A DNA stretch of 64,000 bases from Planctomycetaceae bacterium (GTDB taxonomy: Bacteria; Planctomycetota; UBA8742; UBA2392; JABWBM01): positions 42-64,041 of the forward strand of contig JABWBM010000011.1 of NCBI GenBank assembly GCA_013360495.1, read 5' to 3'. Positions 35,969 to 45,626 of the stretch are shown piece after piece. The notes beneath the pieces are model-generated. The model ran no database searches. It worked only from the letters and a program-made list of their open reading frames with translations, and was not told where the DNA came from. A program made the position numbers and the translations under genes. The stretch's first letter is position 1; each line of letters begins with the position of its first letter.

Positions 35969-36913
35969 ATGAGAATCTTCCATAGCTTCGATGAGTTCAA
36001 GGCAGGCGGGGGCGAATGCCGCCGCTCGCGGCCCATCGTCACGGTGGGCAGTTTCGACGGCGTCCACATGGGACACCAGCGGCTGATCGCCGACATGCGA
36101 AGCTGGGCGGACGAGCAGCGCTGCGAAACGCTGATACTCACCTTCCATCTTCACCCGCGCACATTCATGACCGGCGTGCCGATCAAGCGGATCACGAGTG
36201 TCGAGCACAAGCTCGATCTGCTGGCGTCCTTGGGCGTGGACAACACCTTGCTCGTGCATTTCGATGAGGCGCTGCAAGCGACAAGCGCGCGGGACTTTTG
36301 CGCGAACTATCTGGTGCAGATGTTCAATTGCCGCGGCTTGTTGCTCGGCCATAACAACAGCATCGGTCGTGGCCGCGAGGGGACGCCCGAGCGTGTGAAG
36401 GAATACGGTAAGGAGCTTGGCTTCGAAGTGCGCGTCACGGACGCCGAAACTATCGGATCATTGCCGCTGTCGAGTTCCGCCATACGCACAGCGATTGAAA
36501 GCGGCGATTTCATGCAAGCAAAGACCATGCTCGGCCGGCCGTATTCCATCCAGGGCAAAGTGATCGAGGGCCGAAAACTCGGGCGCACCATCGGTGTACC
36601 TACCATGAATCTCTCGCTCGAAGGCATGGTGCATCCGCCCAATGGCGTCTATGGCGTGCGGGTGCGCCTTGATGGGAATGAATATGCAAGCGTCGCCAAC
36701 ATCGGCGTGCGTCCGACGGTCGAGCCGGGCAGGACTGAGCCATTGCTCGAAGTTCACGCCCTTGACTTGAGCGGCGACTGGTATGGTCGTAGCATCGACG
36801 TCGAATTCATATTTCGCGTGCGCGACGAGCGGCAATTCTCCGGCGTGGAGGAATTACGCGCGCAGTTGCAACGCGACATCGCGGAAGTGCGAAAGCGCTT
36901 TCAGACTACATAG
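35969..36913 (+). CDS. ribF: bifunctional riboflavin kinase / FMN adenylyltransferase
   Basis: VTVGSFDGVHMGHQRLI (FAD synthetase) and C-terminal riboflavin kinase (GRTIGVPTMNL...GVYGV). The longer ORF N-terminus is repeat-derived (WIPAYAGMT). Confidence 0.85.
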   Translation: MRIFHSFDEFKAGGGECRRSRPIVTVGSFDGVHMGHQRLIADMRSWADEQRCETLILTFHLHPRTFMTGVPIKRITSVEHKLDLLASLGVDNTLLVHFDEALQATSARDFCANYLVQMFNCRGLLLGHNNSIGRGREGTPERVKEYGKELGFEVRVTDAETIGSLPLSSSAIRTAIESGDFMQAKTMLGRPYSIQGKVIEGRKLGRTIGVPTMNLSLEGMVHPPNGVYGVRVRLDGNEYASVANIGVRPTVEPGRTEPLLEVHALDLSGDWYGRSIDVEFIFRVRDERQFSGVEELRAQLQRDIAEVRKRFQTT

Positions 36914-36929
36914 TGCAAGGAGATGACGG

Positions 36930-37487
36930 ATGACATTGACGATGATTGACGCGCGTAAGGAACTGCTCGGGATGTTGCGCTCGACGCTGGCGCAGGGGCC
37001 GGTGAAGCTCGCCTCGGGCAAGATGAGCGACTTCTATATCGATGGCCGCATCACCTCGCTTGACGGGCGCGGGCTGCTGCTGATCGGCGAGGCGTTTTAC
37101 AACCTCTATAAAGACCGTGGGCTCGACGCCGTCGGCGGCCCGACCCTCGGCGCCGACCCGATCGTGTCGGCGGTTGCGTACACCTTTGCGCTCAAGGGCA
37201 AGCCCATCAACGCGTTCATCATTCGCAAGGAACCGAAAGGATACGGCAAGCAGGCATGGGTGGAGGGTCCGGCGCTCAAGCCCGGCGCGAAGGTGGCGAT
37301 TCTCGAAGACGTTTGCACCACCGGCGGCTCGGCGTTGAAAGCCATCGAAGGCCTGCGCCAACAGTATGAGCCGGAGATCGTCTCGGTCTCCTGCCTCGTC
37401 GACCGGCAGGAGGGCGCAGCGGAAGCCTTCGCCAAGGCGGGCTTGAAGTTCGAGCCATTATTCACGCGCAAGGACTTCGGAAAATAG
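36930..37487 (+). CDS. pyrE: orotate phosphoribosyltransferase
   Basis: PRPP-binding VAILEDVCTTGGS. Confidence 0.85.
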   Translation: MTLTMIDARKELLGMLRSTLAQGPVKLASGKMSDFYIDGRITSLDGRGLLLIGEAFYNLYKDRGLDAVGGPTLGADPIVSAVAYTFALKGKPINAFIIRKEPKGYGKQAWVEGPALKPGAKVAILEDVCTTGGSALKAIEGLRQQYEPEIVSVSCLVDRQEGAAEAFAKAGLKFEPLFTRKDFGK

Positions 37488-37500
37488 TAGGGCAGAGGAA

Positions 37501-37735
37501 AAGATTGAACCACGGAGATCACGGAGACCACGGAGAGAGAAAGATTTCTCACCACGGGGGAAATCGGGGAAATCGGGGAAAGAAGTTCTCACGCAAAGGC
37601 GCGAAGCCGCAAAGAATTCGTGATTTTCCGTATGAATTCAATTCAATTATTCTTGCTTTCCTTTGCGCCTTGGCGGCTTTGCGTGAAAATCTTTGTTCTT
37701 CCCCGCGAATCCCGGTGTTCCCCGTGGTGAAAAAC
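37501..37735. repeat. MITE-like element family B
   Basis: Arms tctcaccacgggggaaatcggggaaatcgggg...cacgcaaaggcgcgaag // ctttgcgcc...cttccccgcgaatcccggtgttccccgtggtgaaaaa around an AT-rich core. Confidence 0.75.
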
Positions 37736-37789
37736 GTCTTTCTCCCCGGCGTTTGGGCGTTTCGGTCGTATCATCAACGTGGAGAATCG

Positions 37790-39016
37790 ATGCGACGATT
37801 GATCTTAGCCGGCATGTCCTGCCTTGCTGTCCTGTGCGTGGTGCGCGCGCAGGAAGGGCCATCGTCCGCTCCGGACACAAAAACGCCTGCCGCGCCTGCA
37901 CCAAAAAGCGAAGAGCCGCCCGCCGCGCCATCGCCACGCGCCGGAGAGCCGAAGCTCGACACACTTACGTTGCGCGAAACGCGCCCATGTGTGTTCTCCC
38001 CGCGCATCCCGGCGGAGTATCTTCGCGACCATCAAGCCAAGCAACTCGCCACGGCTCGTCTCTCCCTCGACCTTGACAAGGCAGGCGTGCTGGAGCTCGC
38101 CTACGGCGAAGAACGCACGCAGGCCCCTGTGATCGCGGCTTTTGTCGACGAAAAGGAGAGCGAGTCGAAGCTCGACACGGAACTCTATCGCTCGCGCGCT
38201 GACCGTTCGATGTTGCTCGTGTTCACCGTCAAGTCCGCGCCAAAAAATTTCGGCGCGTATACATTGCTGATCGAACATACGCAGGTGAACGAAGCCGGCG
38301 AGCAGGCGGTCAAAAGCATGCAATTTCACAACCTCGAAACCTTCACGCGGCAACGAGTCACGATTCCCGGCATGCTCCCCGGCGTGAACCGCCTTTGCCT
38401 CAAGGTGCGTTTCACGGATGACAACAAGGTCACCACCACCAGTGACGGCATAAGCCATTTCGTGACGGTGAATGAGGTTCCCGCCCTTGCGCTGAGCACA
38501 GAAACAAAGGCCGAAACGAACGTCAAGAAAGCGCAAGGGGTTGGAGTCTATGAGGCGTTGTTGACCACCACGCATACGTTCATACTCTCGCCCTCAGTTG
38601 ATCCCGCGTCGGTACGTCTGCGGGTGCTGAGACGCGGTTCGCGCGGCTTCGACCTAGACGGCGTCGATACGGATGTGCGCGATTTAATCGGCCAGCCTGT
38701 CTACCAAAAGAGCGCGCGGCTCTTGGCCGAAGTGAAACTCGCCAACGAGGCGGCGCCGGGTGTGCGCGTCGAGAATATGGGACAGCGCCGCTATCGAGTT
38801 ACGGTGGAGCATGCGTTGAGCGCTACGGAGAGTTTGATGCCGCTTACCGACGAGTGGGAATATCTCTTTGAGTTGCGGCACAAGGATCACAACGATGCCA
38901 TCGACAGTTTTTCCCATTCGGTTGGCGCGCTTCTCGACACCGATGTTGCCTATGTGACGTATAAGAATCGCGCCGGAGCCGATGTGGTGCGCGTGCCGTT
39001 CAAGCCTGCGGAATGA
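37790..39016 (+). CDS. secreted hypothetical protein
   Basis: Signal peptide MRRLILAGMSCLAVLCVVRAQEG. The upstream part of the longer ORF is repeat-derived. Confidence 0.5.
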   Translation: MRRLILAGMSCLAVLCVVRAQEGPSSAPDTKTPAAPAPKSEEPPAAPSPRAGEPKLDTLTLRETRPCVFSPRIPAEYLRDHQAKQLATARLSLDLDKAGVLELAYGEERTQAPVIAAFVDEKESESKLDTELYRSRADRSMLLVFTVKSAPKNFGAYTLLIEHTQVNEAGEQAVKSMQFHNLETFTRQRVTIPGMLPGVNRLCLKVRFTDDNKVTTTSDGISHFVTVNEVPALALSTETKAETNVKKAQGVGVYEALLTTTHTFILSPSVDPASVRLRVLRRGSRGFDLDGVDTDVRDLIGQPVYQKSARLLAEVKLANEAAPGVRVENMGQRRYRVTVEHALSATESLMPLTDEWEYLFELRHKDHNDAIDSFSHSVGALLDTDVAYVTYKNRAGADVVRVPFKPAE

Positions 39017-39035
39017 GAGCGTGACCGGAAGCCCC

Positions 39036-39119
39036 GTAGCGCCACGCTTCAGCGTGGCGTCTTCGACTGTTCGGAAATCTTCGGTTTCTTCAAGACGCCA
39101 TGCTAAAGCATGGCGCTAC
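39036..39119. repeat. MITE family C variant (GCCACGC stems)
   Basis: gtagcgccacgcttcagcgtggcgtcttc ... aagacgccatgctaaagcatggcgctac. Confidence 0.6.
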
Positions 39120-39699
39120 CGGAAGACGCCGCTCCATTGCCCTTCGCGACTTTCGGAACCGCGCGGCTGAGCCTGAAGGCCGCGAGCAAAATCAAGAGCG
39201 TCACCGCCGCCAGCGCCAACGGCGCCCATGACAAATGCCAACTCATGCTTCCATCAACAGGTAGGTCTGTGTCCAGCGGGGTTTCCGTGGTCTGTCGTAC
39301 AGACATGGCGCTATGTCCGGTGAGCAATGCCGCTGCCGGAACGACGATGCCAAGCGCGATAATAATCATTCCAAAAGCCCCAAGTATCGCTCCGTCTCGT
39401 GTCTTCAACTGTGTTCGTAGCCGCAGCAGCGGAATGCCGCACGAGGGAAGCAATATTAAGAGAAGATAGCCTCCATAGCGGTGGAGAATTTCGAGAGCAG
39501 GGGCAAGAGTATCGTAGAGGGCGCCGATGGTCTGGTCGCGCTCGGCAGGCGCGACGGCGTCCGCATAGTTGCTGAGCGAGCCGCTCAGAGCAAGCAGGAA
39601 GATCAAGGTCATCGCTAGACCCGCCCGCACGGTGAATCGCTTGCGCAGAAGAAGCGCATCGGGGGGCGGCAACATCTTTTGTGCCGGAGAGGATTCCAC
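39103..39699 (-). CDS. membrane protein (hypothetical), last gene of the ABC/GldG-like cluster
   Basis: 4-5 predicted TM helices. Confidence 0.4.
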   Translation of the reverse strand: MESSPAQKMLPPPDALLLRKRFTVRAGLAMTLIFLLALSGSLSNYADAVAPAERDQTIGALYDTLAPALEILHRYGGYLLLILLPSCGIPLLRLRTQLKTRDGAILGAFGMIIIALGIVVPAAALLTGHSAMSVRQTTETPLDTDLPVDGSMSWHLSWAPLALAAVTLLILLAAFRLSRAVPKVAKGNGAASSGSAML

Positions 39700-39702
39700 A
39701 GG

Positions 39703-41958
39703 CTATATCGTAGCTTGAACGTGGCGCTTGCGGCGGCGCAAAAACACGATTCCGCCGGCGACCAGCACCGCAGCCGGAGCAAGCCCGAGCACAAGGCCGC
39801 ACCATAGGCGGATTTCATCGAGTGTCCATTCGTCAAGACGGTGGGGGACGGGTGTCGTGCTGCCCCGAACCCGCACCAATTCCTCACCGAAGATGAAGGC
39901 GTCGAGCACGTTTGCGAGCAGCCTGCGTCGTGAAGACTCCTCTAGCTGATCCGAACCACCGACGAGCGGTGGCTCGCCTTGCCGCCAGCCGCGCACATCC
40001 GTGACCTCGAAGAGGTCCGGCGAGGAGATGACGACGAGCTTGCCGGGTTTTGGGGTGAATGCCGAACCCATGCCGGGGGAGTAGGGGATTCTTCCATCAG
40101 GAAGAGTCGGCGGCGGTTCGTTCGGATCAAAGGGGAACTGACCTTCGATAAGAACGCCGACGATGGCGTCGGGCGCTGAGACCAGTTCGACGCCCGTATC
40201 GTTGTCCCGCTTGGGCGCGAGAACGTCGAGCGGCGACATCGTTGTGGCGCGGTAATTGAGCGTGATACGGCCGGTGTCGTGAAGCGGGCGCAGAAGCTCC
40301 GCATCGCCTGGCGCCTTGAAGAGAACCTGCGCCGAGAGACCAAGGGTCTTGAGGCGCGTTTCATCAAGCTTGAGCGGCGATGCTCCGCGCAGAGGGAGCT
40401 TGTTCACATCGCTCGTCAGTAAATGCCCTGTCGGGGTCGCGTACGGAACGATGCCGAGCACTCCGTTCTGCCGGATGGGGTCGGGGTAGAGTTGTCCGGG
40501 CGTCGTTTGCCCCGGTCCATACACGCGATAAGGAACGCTCTGCCGCTGCGAGAGCAGGATGCCGGCTTCAGTCTCGACGCCGTAATCCTTGAGCAGCCCG
40601 CTCATGGTTTCTTTCATGCGCTGCGCACGCAGTGTGAACGATGGACCGGACTGGTTCGGAAGCCACACGTCAGCAAGCGACGTTGACGCGGGGTTGATGC
40701 CAAAGTAGCGGTCGATCAGCGGCGTATGCCACTCGCCGCCGATCAGCAGCACGTGGCCGCCGCGCGCAAGGAATGCGCGGATTTCATAAAGTTGGCGGGG
40801 ATTGAGCGCGCCCGGCCGGACGAGGACGAGCACGCCAAGTCCCTGCGGGATGGTGTGGTCAAAGTCGATCATGACGCCGGTGGTGATGTAATCGAGGGCG
40901 AGCGAGATGCTTGTCGCGCGGTCTTCTGGCATCGAGTTCCCATATCGCGGGCTATAGAGCACTTTTTGCTCCGGCTCGCTCAGTTCCGGGCGCTGCGATG
41001 GCGTGAAGAAGCCCACTTTCTCCCGGGCGGCGCCGAGAGCCCATGCTCCGCCGGCCAACAGCGTTGCAAGACCTTCGGTATTCTTGATCTGATCGAAGGA
41101 TGATTCTTCCCCGAACTGTCCAATCGCTACTACGGAAGAAAAATAGATGATGCTTTCTGGTGCGCTTCCAGATTCCCCAGACGTGATGTCCTGAACACGC
41201 TTGAGGCGCGGCGTAAAACGGCTCTTGCCGGCAAGCTCCTTGCTGACGCTGATGTATGCCGGGTTGAGTTGTTGGATACGTTCGAGCTCCGCCCAAACGC
41301 CGTCGCGGACATGGATTTTTGCTGAAGGCATCTCGTCGCCATTCATGTCGCCGTAGACATAGACGAAGCGAACGCCGGAACGCAGTCCGCGAAACGTGTC
41401 GTCCGGCGTTGCTGGCTGCACTTTGAGCATTGAAAGACGAAGCGCTTTTGAAATCAGATCGTATTGCATTGACGCCGCGCTCAGGATACGCGGTATCACT
41501 ACCGGCTCTCGCGCTGCGGCATGGGTAATTTTCAGCGCGGAATAGAAGTAGACCGTTTCGGCGCCTGAGGGGAGCGCCACCGGCGGGATTTTGAGGCTCT
41601 TCAATGTTTCGATAGTTTTTGCCGAATCGTCGAGCCGGACGACGTCCCGCGACGGTTCGAAGGCGAAGGCATCGGCCCCCGCCCCATCGGCAATGGCGGA
41701 GAGGCGGCGCACAACCTCCCGTTCAAGTCCGGCAAATGCGGGTGGCAGCGAAGCGCTGACATAATACTCGACGCGCATCGGGGTGTTGAAACGCTTGAAG
41801 AGCGCCGTCACATCGTCGCTCACGCTATGACGGTAATTGGGCGTCAGATCGATGCCCGCATCGACACGGAACGCGAGCGCGTTGAGCGCGACCAAGGTTG
41901 CGCCCAAGAGCAGGACGATCAGCGTTGCGCGCTGTTTGAATGCCCTTGAGCGTTTCAT
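39703..41958 (-). CDS. GldG-like ABC-transporter auxiliary protein (N- and C-terminal TM anchors, ~700-aa periplasmic domain)
   Basis: Topology plus position directly downstream of an ABC ATPase and ABC-2 permease in the same orientation. Confidence 0.45.
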   Translation of the reverse strand: MKRSRAFKQRATLIVLLLGATLVALNALAFRVDAGIDLTPNYRHSVSDDVTALFKRFNTPMRVEYYVSASLPPAFAGLEREVVRRLSAIADGAGADAFAFEPSRDVVRLDDSAKTIETLKSLKIPPVALPSGAETVYFYSALKITHAAAREPVVIPRILSAASMQYDLISKALRLSMLKVQPATPDDTFRGLRSGVRFVYVYGDMNGDEMPSAKIHVRDGVWAELERIQQLNPAYISVSKELAGKSRFTPRLKRVQDITSGESGSAPESIIYFSSVVAIGQFGEESSFDQIKNTEGLATLLAGGAWALGAAREKVGFFTPSQRPELSEPEQKVLYSPRYGNSMPEDRATSISLALDYITTGVMIDFDHTIPQGLGVLVLVRPGALNPRQLYEIRAFLARGGHVLLIGGEWHTPLIDRYFGINPASTSLADVWLPNQSGPSFTLRAQRMKETMSGLLKDYGVETEAGILLSQRQSVPYRVYGPGQTTPGQLYPDPIRQNGVLGIVPYATPTGHLLTSDVNKLPLRGASPLKLDETRLKTLGLSAQVLFKAPGDAELLRPLHDTGRITLNYRATTMSPLDVLAPKRDNDTGVELVSAPDAIVGVLIEGQFPFDPNEPPPTLPDGRIPYSPGMGSAFTPKPGKLVVISSPDLFEVTDVRGWRQGEPPLVGGSDQLEESSRRRLLANVLDAFIFGEELVRVRGSTTPVPHRLDEWTLDEIRLWCGLVLGLAPAAVLVAGGIVFLRRRKRHVQATI

Positions 41959-41990
41959 ACCAACCCTAAATGGGAAAGGTGATTTCGACC

Positions 41991-42070
41991 GTCATTCCGG
42001 CGAAAGCCGGAATCCAGATATAACGGGCGATTCTCGGTAGCCACTGGATGCCGACTTTCGTCGGCATGAC
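41991..42070. repeat. MITE-like element family A (paired hairpins)
   Basis: gtcattccggcgaaagccggaatccag ... ctggatgccgactttcgtcggcatgac. Confidence 0.85.
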
Positions 42071-42103
42071 GGACGCAATCCAACAACCAATTAAGACTTC
42101 GTT

Positions 42104-42862
42104 TCACCGGTAGCGCCTCCCTTCGACGCCGAGCGCCGTAAGCATCAGGAAGAACGCCGCCATTGAGATAAAGAACGTCACGGTCTCAAGCTTCAGGTAC
42201 CCGGCTGCCAGAAGATTGAAATGATCGCCGGCTGCCATGAAGCGGACCATCGACGACAACGCCCCGCTTGAACCCGCCAGCCCAGCGAACGAGCCGAGCG
42301 CCGTGAGCGTCCCGCAAGCCAGCAGCGCCGCCATATATGCGCCAAGCTGGTTCGATGTCAGGGAACTCGCGAACATGCCGATGGCGAGGTATCCGCTGCC
42401 AAGCAAGAGACAGCCTAGGTAGCCGCCAAAGATCGGCCCGCCTTCCCAGCCGCCATTGGCCGCGATCATCACCGGGAAAACGCCAGTCGTCAGTAACATC
42501 AGGCAGAGGACAGCCACGGACGCGAGATATTTCCCCGCGACGAGCCGCCACGAAGGGGCGGGCAGCGTCAACAATAATTGAAAGGTATTGCCGCGATATT
42601 CTTCGGCCCAGCTTCGCATGGCAATTGCAGGCATGACTGCTGCCGCTACCCACGGAAACGCGAGAAAGAACGAGCGCATGGTGAGTTCCTTGGTGTGGAA
42701 CCAGCTTGCGCCGCGCTCAAGCACAGCGGGGAACACAAAAAGTGCGAGCAACCCCATGGCAACGGGAAAGACCGCCATCAGCACGTATCCGGCTGCCGAG
42801 GTGAAGAAGGCCAACAGTTCCCGTCGCAGCACGGAGATCATGCGCGCTCTCCTATCGCCCAT
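42104..42862 (-). CDS. ABC-2 family transporter permease (GldF-like)
   Basis: Six TM helices. Adjacent to the ABC ATPase. Confidence 0.65.
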   Translation of the reverse strand: MGDRRARMISVLRRELLAFFTSAAGYVLMAVFPVAMGLLALFVFPAVLERGASWFHTKELTMRSFFLAFPWVAAAVMPAIAMRSWAEEYRGNTFQLLLTLPAPSWRLVAGKYLASVAVLCLMLLTTGVFPVMIAANGGWEGGPIFGGYLGCLLLGSGYLAIGMFASSLTSNQLGAYMAALLACGTLTALGSFAGLAGSSGALSSMVRFMAAGDHFNLLAAGYLKLETVTFFISMAAFFLMLTALGVEGRRYR

Positions 42863-42871
42863 CTAACGAAC

Positions 42872-42898
42872 GTCATTCCCGCGAAGACGGGAATCCAT
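42872..42898. repeat. MITE family A single hairpin unit
   Basis: gtcattcccgcgaagacgggaatccat, in the 49-bp gap between the ATPase and permease genes. Confidence 0.7.
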
Positions 42899-42911
42899 CT
42901 TTCATGCCTTG

Positions 42912-43640
42912 TCATGGATTCCTCTTCTTCACCAGTGAGATGAACAGATCGGTGAGGCCGCGCTCTTTCCCATCGGCGCCGAGCAGAGCGCTTCGCTCGC
43001 CGAACGCGAGGCACCGGCCATGGTTGATGATCAGGATATGGCTGGCGATCGCTTCGACCTCGGACAAAATGTGCGTCGAGAAGATGACGATTTTTCCCTG
43101 CGCCGCCAGCCCGCGCAGCAACTCGTGCATATCGAGGATCTGCGCGGGATCGAGGCCGGAGGTCGGCTCGTCGAGCACCAGCAAGTCGGGGTCATGCAGT
43201 AATGCCTGCGCGAGTCCGGCTCTCTGCCGGTAGCCCCGCGAGAGCGTCGAAATCGGCATATTGCGTCTCGCACTCAAACCGGTGTTCGCGAGGACGTTCT
43301 CAAGGCGTTCACCTAGTTGTTGCCTGTCCATTCCACGAGCCTCGCCGCAGAAGCGCAGATATTCGCTCACCTCCATGGCGGTGTAGAGAGGCGGGGTTTC
43401 GGGGAGAAACCCGATGCGCGACTTTACGAGCGACGGAGTTGCGTGGACTTCATCGTCCCCGAGGTGGACGGCCCCGCTGTCGGCAGCGAGCAGCCCGGTG
43501 ATGATGGACATGGCTGTGGTTTTCCCAGCACCGTTGGGGCCGACGAAACCGAGAATAGCCCCTTTCCCAATGGAGAAGGAGAGTCCGTTAAGGGCGAGGA
43601 AGCGCCCATAGCTGCGCGAGATAGCTTCGACGTTGAGCAT
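42912..43640 (-). CDS. ABC transporter ATP-binding protein (GldA-like)
   Basis: Walker A GPNGAGKTT, signature LSRGYRQRAGLA, Walker B LLVLDEPTSGLD. Confidence 0.85.
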   Translation of the reverse strand: MLNVEAISRSYGRFLALNGLSFSIGKGAILGFVGPNGAGKTTAMSIITGLLAADSGAVHLGDDEVHATPSLVKSRIGFLPETPPLYTAMEVSEYLRFCGEARGMDRQQLGERLENVLANTGLSARRNMPISTLSRGYRQRAGLAQALLHDPDLLVLDEPTSGLDPAQILDMHELLRGLAAQGKIVIFSTHILSEVEAIASHILIINHGRCLAFGERSALLGADGKERGLTDLFISLVKKRNP

Positions 43641-43996
43641 ACGTTACCGGCAGAGTGCAATAGCCATGCCAGTGAGGAAAGGGCCTTTTGGAGGGTTTTG
43701 TACGCAAATCGGGGGCGGCTGGCAACCAAGTTTCCAGCGTACATGACGAAATCCACGCGTCCCGCGACGAAAGTCAGGTCGCGGCCTACTCGGTACTACC
43801 GTGCAAAGACGTGCCCCTCCCTAAAAGGTTCAATGCCTAATTTACGCTATTTCATGGCCCTCCGGCAGGCCAATGCTTGTGGCGCTTGAAAAGTGTAACA
43901 GCGCCTCTGAAAAGGTCTGGCGTTCAATGCCAGCCAACTTTAAACCATGAATATACCGCTTTTCATGCAGGATTTTCATGGTATGATGCGCTTTCC

Positions 43997-45157
43997 ATGA
44001 TTGTCCGCAAAACCGTTATCAAGCGAATCAGGGAAGCGCTTCGTCGCGCTCCTGTCGTCGTGCTCGCTGGCCCACGCCAGTGCGGCAAAACGACGCTCGC
44101 GCGGGAGCTTCTTTCTGAAGATTCGCCGAACTATTTCGATCTGGAGGATCCGCAAAGTCTTGCCCGCCTCGATGAACCGAAGACCGCGCTTGCGCCTCTG
44201 CGTGACCTCGTCGTCATTGACGAGGTGCAGCGCCGCCCTGATCTTTTCCCCATCCTCCGCGTGCTGGCTGACCGCCGGGGGCATCCCGCCCGGTTTCTCG
44301 TTCTCGGCAGTTCATCGGGGGAACTGCTGCGGCAAAGTTCCGAGAGCCTGGCCGGCCGCATGGAGCGTATCGAGATCGGAGGGTTCACGCTTGCTGAGCT
44401 CGGGGTGGCATCGGCGGACAGGTTATGGCGCCGCGGCGGCTTCCCCCTTTCCCAGCTGGCGCGCTCGGAATCCGACAGTGTTGCATGGCGCAAGCAGTTC
44501 ATCCGGACGTTGCTCGAGCGCGATCTTCCCCAATGGGGTGTGCGCGTTCCGGCGACGGCGCTGCTTCGTTTCTGGGCCATGCTCGCCCACTATCACGGCC
44601 AGACCTGGAATGCGACGGCTCCGGCGCACGCTCTCGGCGTGAATCCGTCCACTACCGGCCGTTATCTGGACCTCCTGACCGATGCGCTGATGGTGCGCCA
44701 ACTTCAACCATGGCACGCGAATCTCGCCAAGCGGCAAGTCAAGGCTCCAAAGCTCTACTTTCGCGACAGCGGCCTTCTTCACCAGCTCCTGGGGATCGAG
44801 AGCGAAAAGGCGCTCCTTACCCATCCCAAGCAGGGCGCTTCGTGGGAGGGATTCGTCATCGAGCAGGTATTGGCCCTTGAGCCGCACGACGAAGCCTATT
44901 TCTGGGCGACGTATCAGGGCGCGGAAATTGACCTGATATTACAAAGAGGCGATCGCTTGTTCGGTGTGGAGTGTAAGCGCGCCGATGCGCCACGGATGAC
45001 GCAATCAATCGGCATTGCTCTTCACGATCTAGGTCTCGAGCGGGTCGCTGTCGTGTACCCGGGATCACAGCGCTATCCTCTGGACAAGCGCGTGGAAGCG
45101 GTGCCGCTCACGGCCCTTGCAAAGGCGGGGGCGCTCTTTCCGGCAAGCGGAACGTAA
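43997..45157 (+). CDS. AAA+ ATPase with DUF4143-type C-terminal domain
   Basis: Walker A GPRQCGKTT and Walker B VVIDEVQ. The architecture is typical of ATPase/DUF4143 proteins. Confidence 0.65.
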   Translation: MIVRKTVIKRIREALRRAPVVVLAGPRQCGKTTLARELLSEDSPNYFDLEDPQSLARLDEPKTALAPLRDLVVIDEVQRRPDLFPILRVLADRRGHPARFLVLGSSSGELLRQSSESLAGRMERIEIGGFTLAELGVASADRLWRRGGFPLSQLARSESDSVAWRKQFIRTLLERDLPQWGVRVPATALLRFWAMLAHYHGQTWNATAPAHALGVNPSTTGRYLDLLTDALMVRQLQPWHANLAKRQVKAPKLYFRDSGLLHQLLGIESEKALLTHPKQGASWEGFVIEQVLALEPHDEAYFWATYQGAEIDLILQRGDRLFGVECKRADAPRMTQSIGIALHDLGLERVAVVYPGSQRYPLDKRVEAVPLTALAKAGALFPASGT

Positions 45158-45365
45158 AGCGTGATTTTAGGGTACCGGGACGACCGGAGAATATCGCTCA
45201 CAACGCTCAAAAGGTCTTGGCGGATTGTTTGGCGGATTCGGGTGACAAATCGTCCTCGTTGGTGCCAAAGTGTGACACTTTAGTCCGGCAAGAATCACCC
45301 GATACCGATAGCCTTCAAACCCGCATAGATTCTGCTATTGAGGCTGTAGATGAGCCTGTAACGCT

Positions 45366-45442
45366 TGGTGGGCTCGGCCGGACTCGAACCGGCGACACAG
45401 GGATTATGAGTCCCCTGCTCTAACCAACTGAGCTACGAGCCC
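45366..45442 (-). tRNA. tRNA-Met (anticodon CAU), elongator or Ile2-type, CCA encoded
   Basis: Cloverleaf GGGCTCG/CGAGCCC acceptor, GCTC/GAGC D-stem, GGGGA-CTCATAA-TCCCT anticodon arm, GCCGG-TTCGAGT-CCGGC T-arm, ACCA end. G1:C72 is paired, so it is not an initiator. Confidence 0.85.
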
Positions 45443-45626
45443 CAAGATCGCTCGGCACATATGTCAGCGCAGAAGTGTGCGCTTCGGTTGGATTGTATGG
45501 CCGAAAGCCTGCCTCGCAAGCGGAAGTGCGAAGAGCGCACGTACAGTAACCAGTGGAAGCGCCTTGATTGCCCGTGAGGGTAACCCTACGCTACAGCGAC
45601 AAGGCCCCAAATACACGGAGACATCG

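Noticed and set aside
45366-45442. Initiator tRNA-fMet
   Set aside because: Positions 1 and 72 form a G:C pair and the anticodon stem lacks the full initiator GGG/CCC signature. Called as elongator Met or Ile2 (CAU).
45443-45626. ZTP or THF riboswitch upstream of the folate-related cyclodeaminase/cyclohydrolase gene
   Set aside because: No GGGUCGUGAC...CCGCCUGGGCA (pfl) or THF-aptamer conserved motifs were found in the leader.
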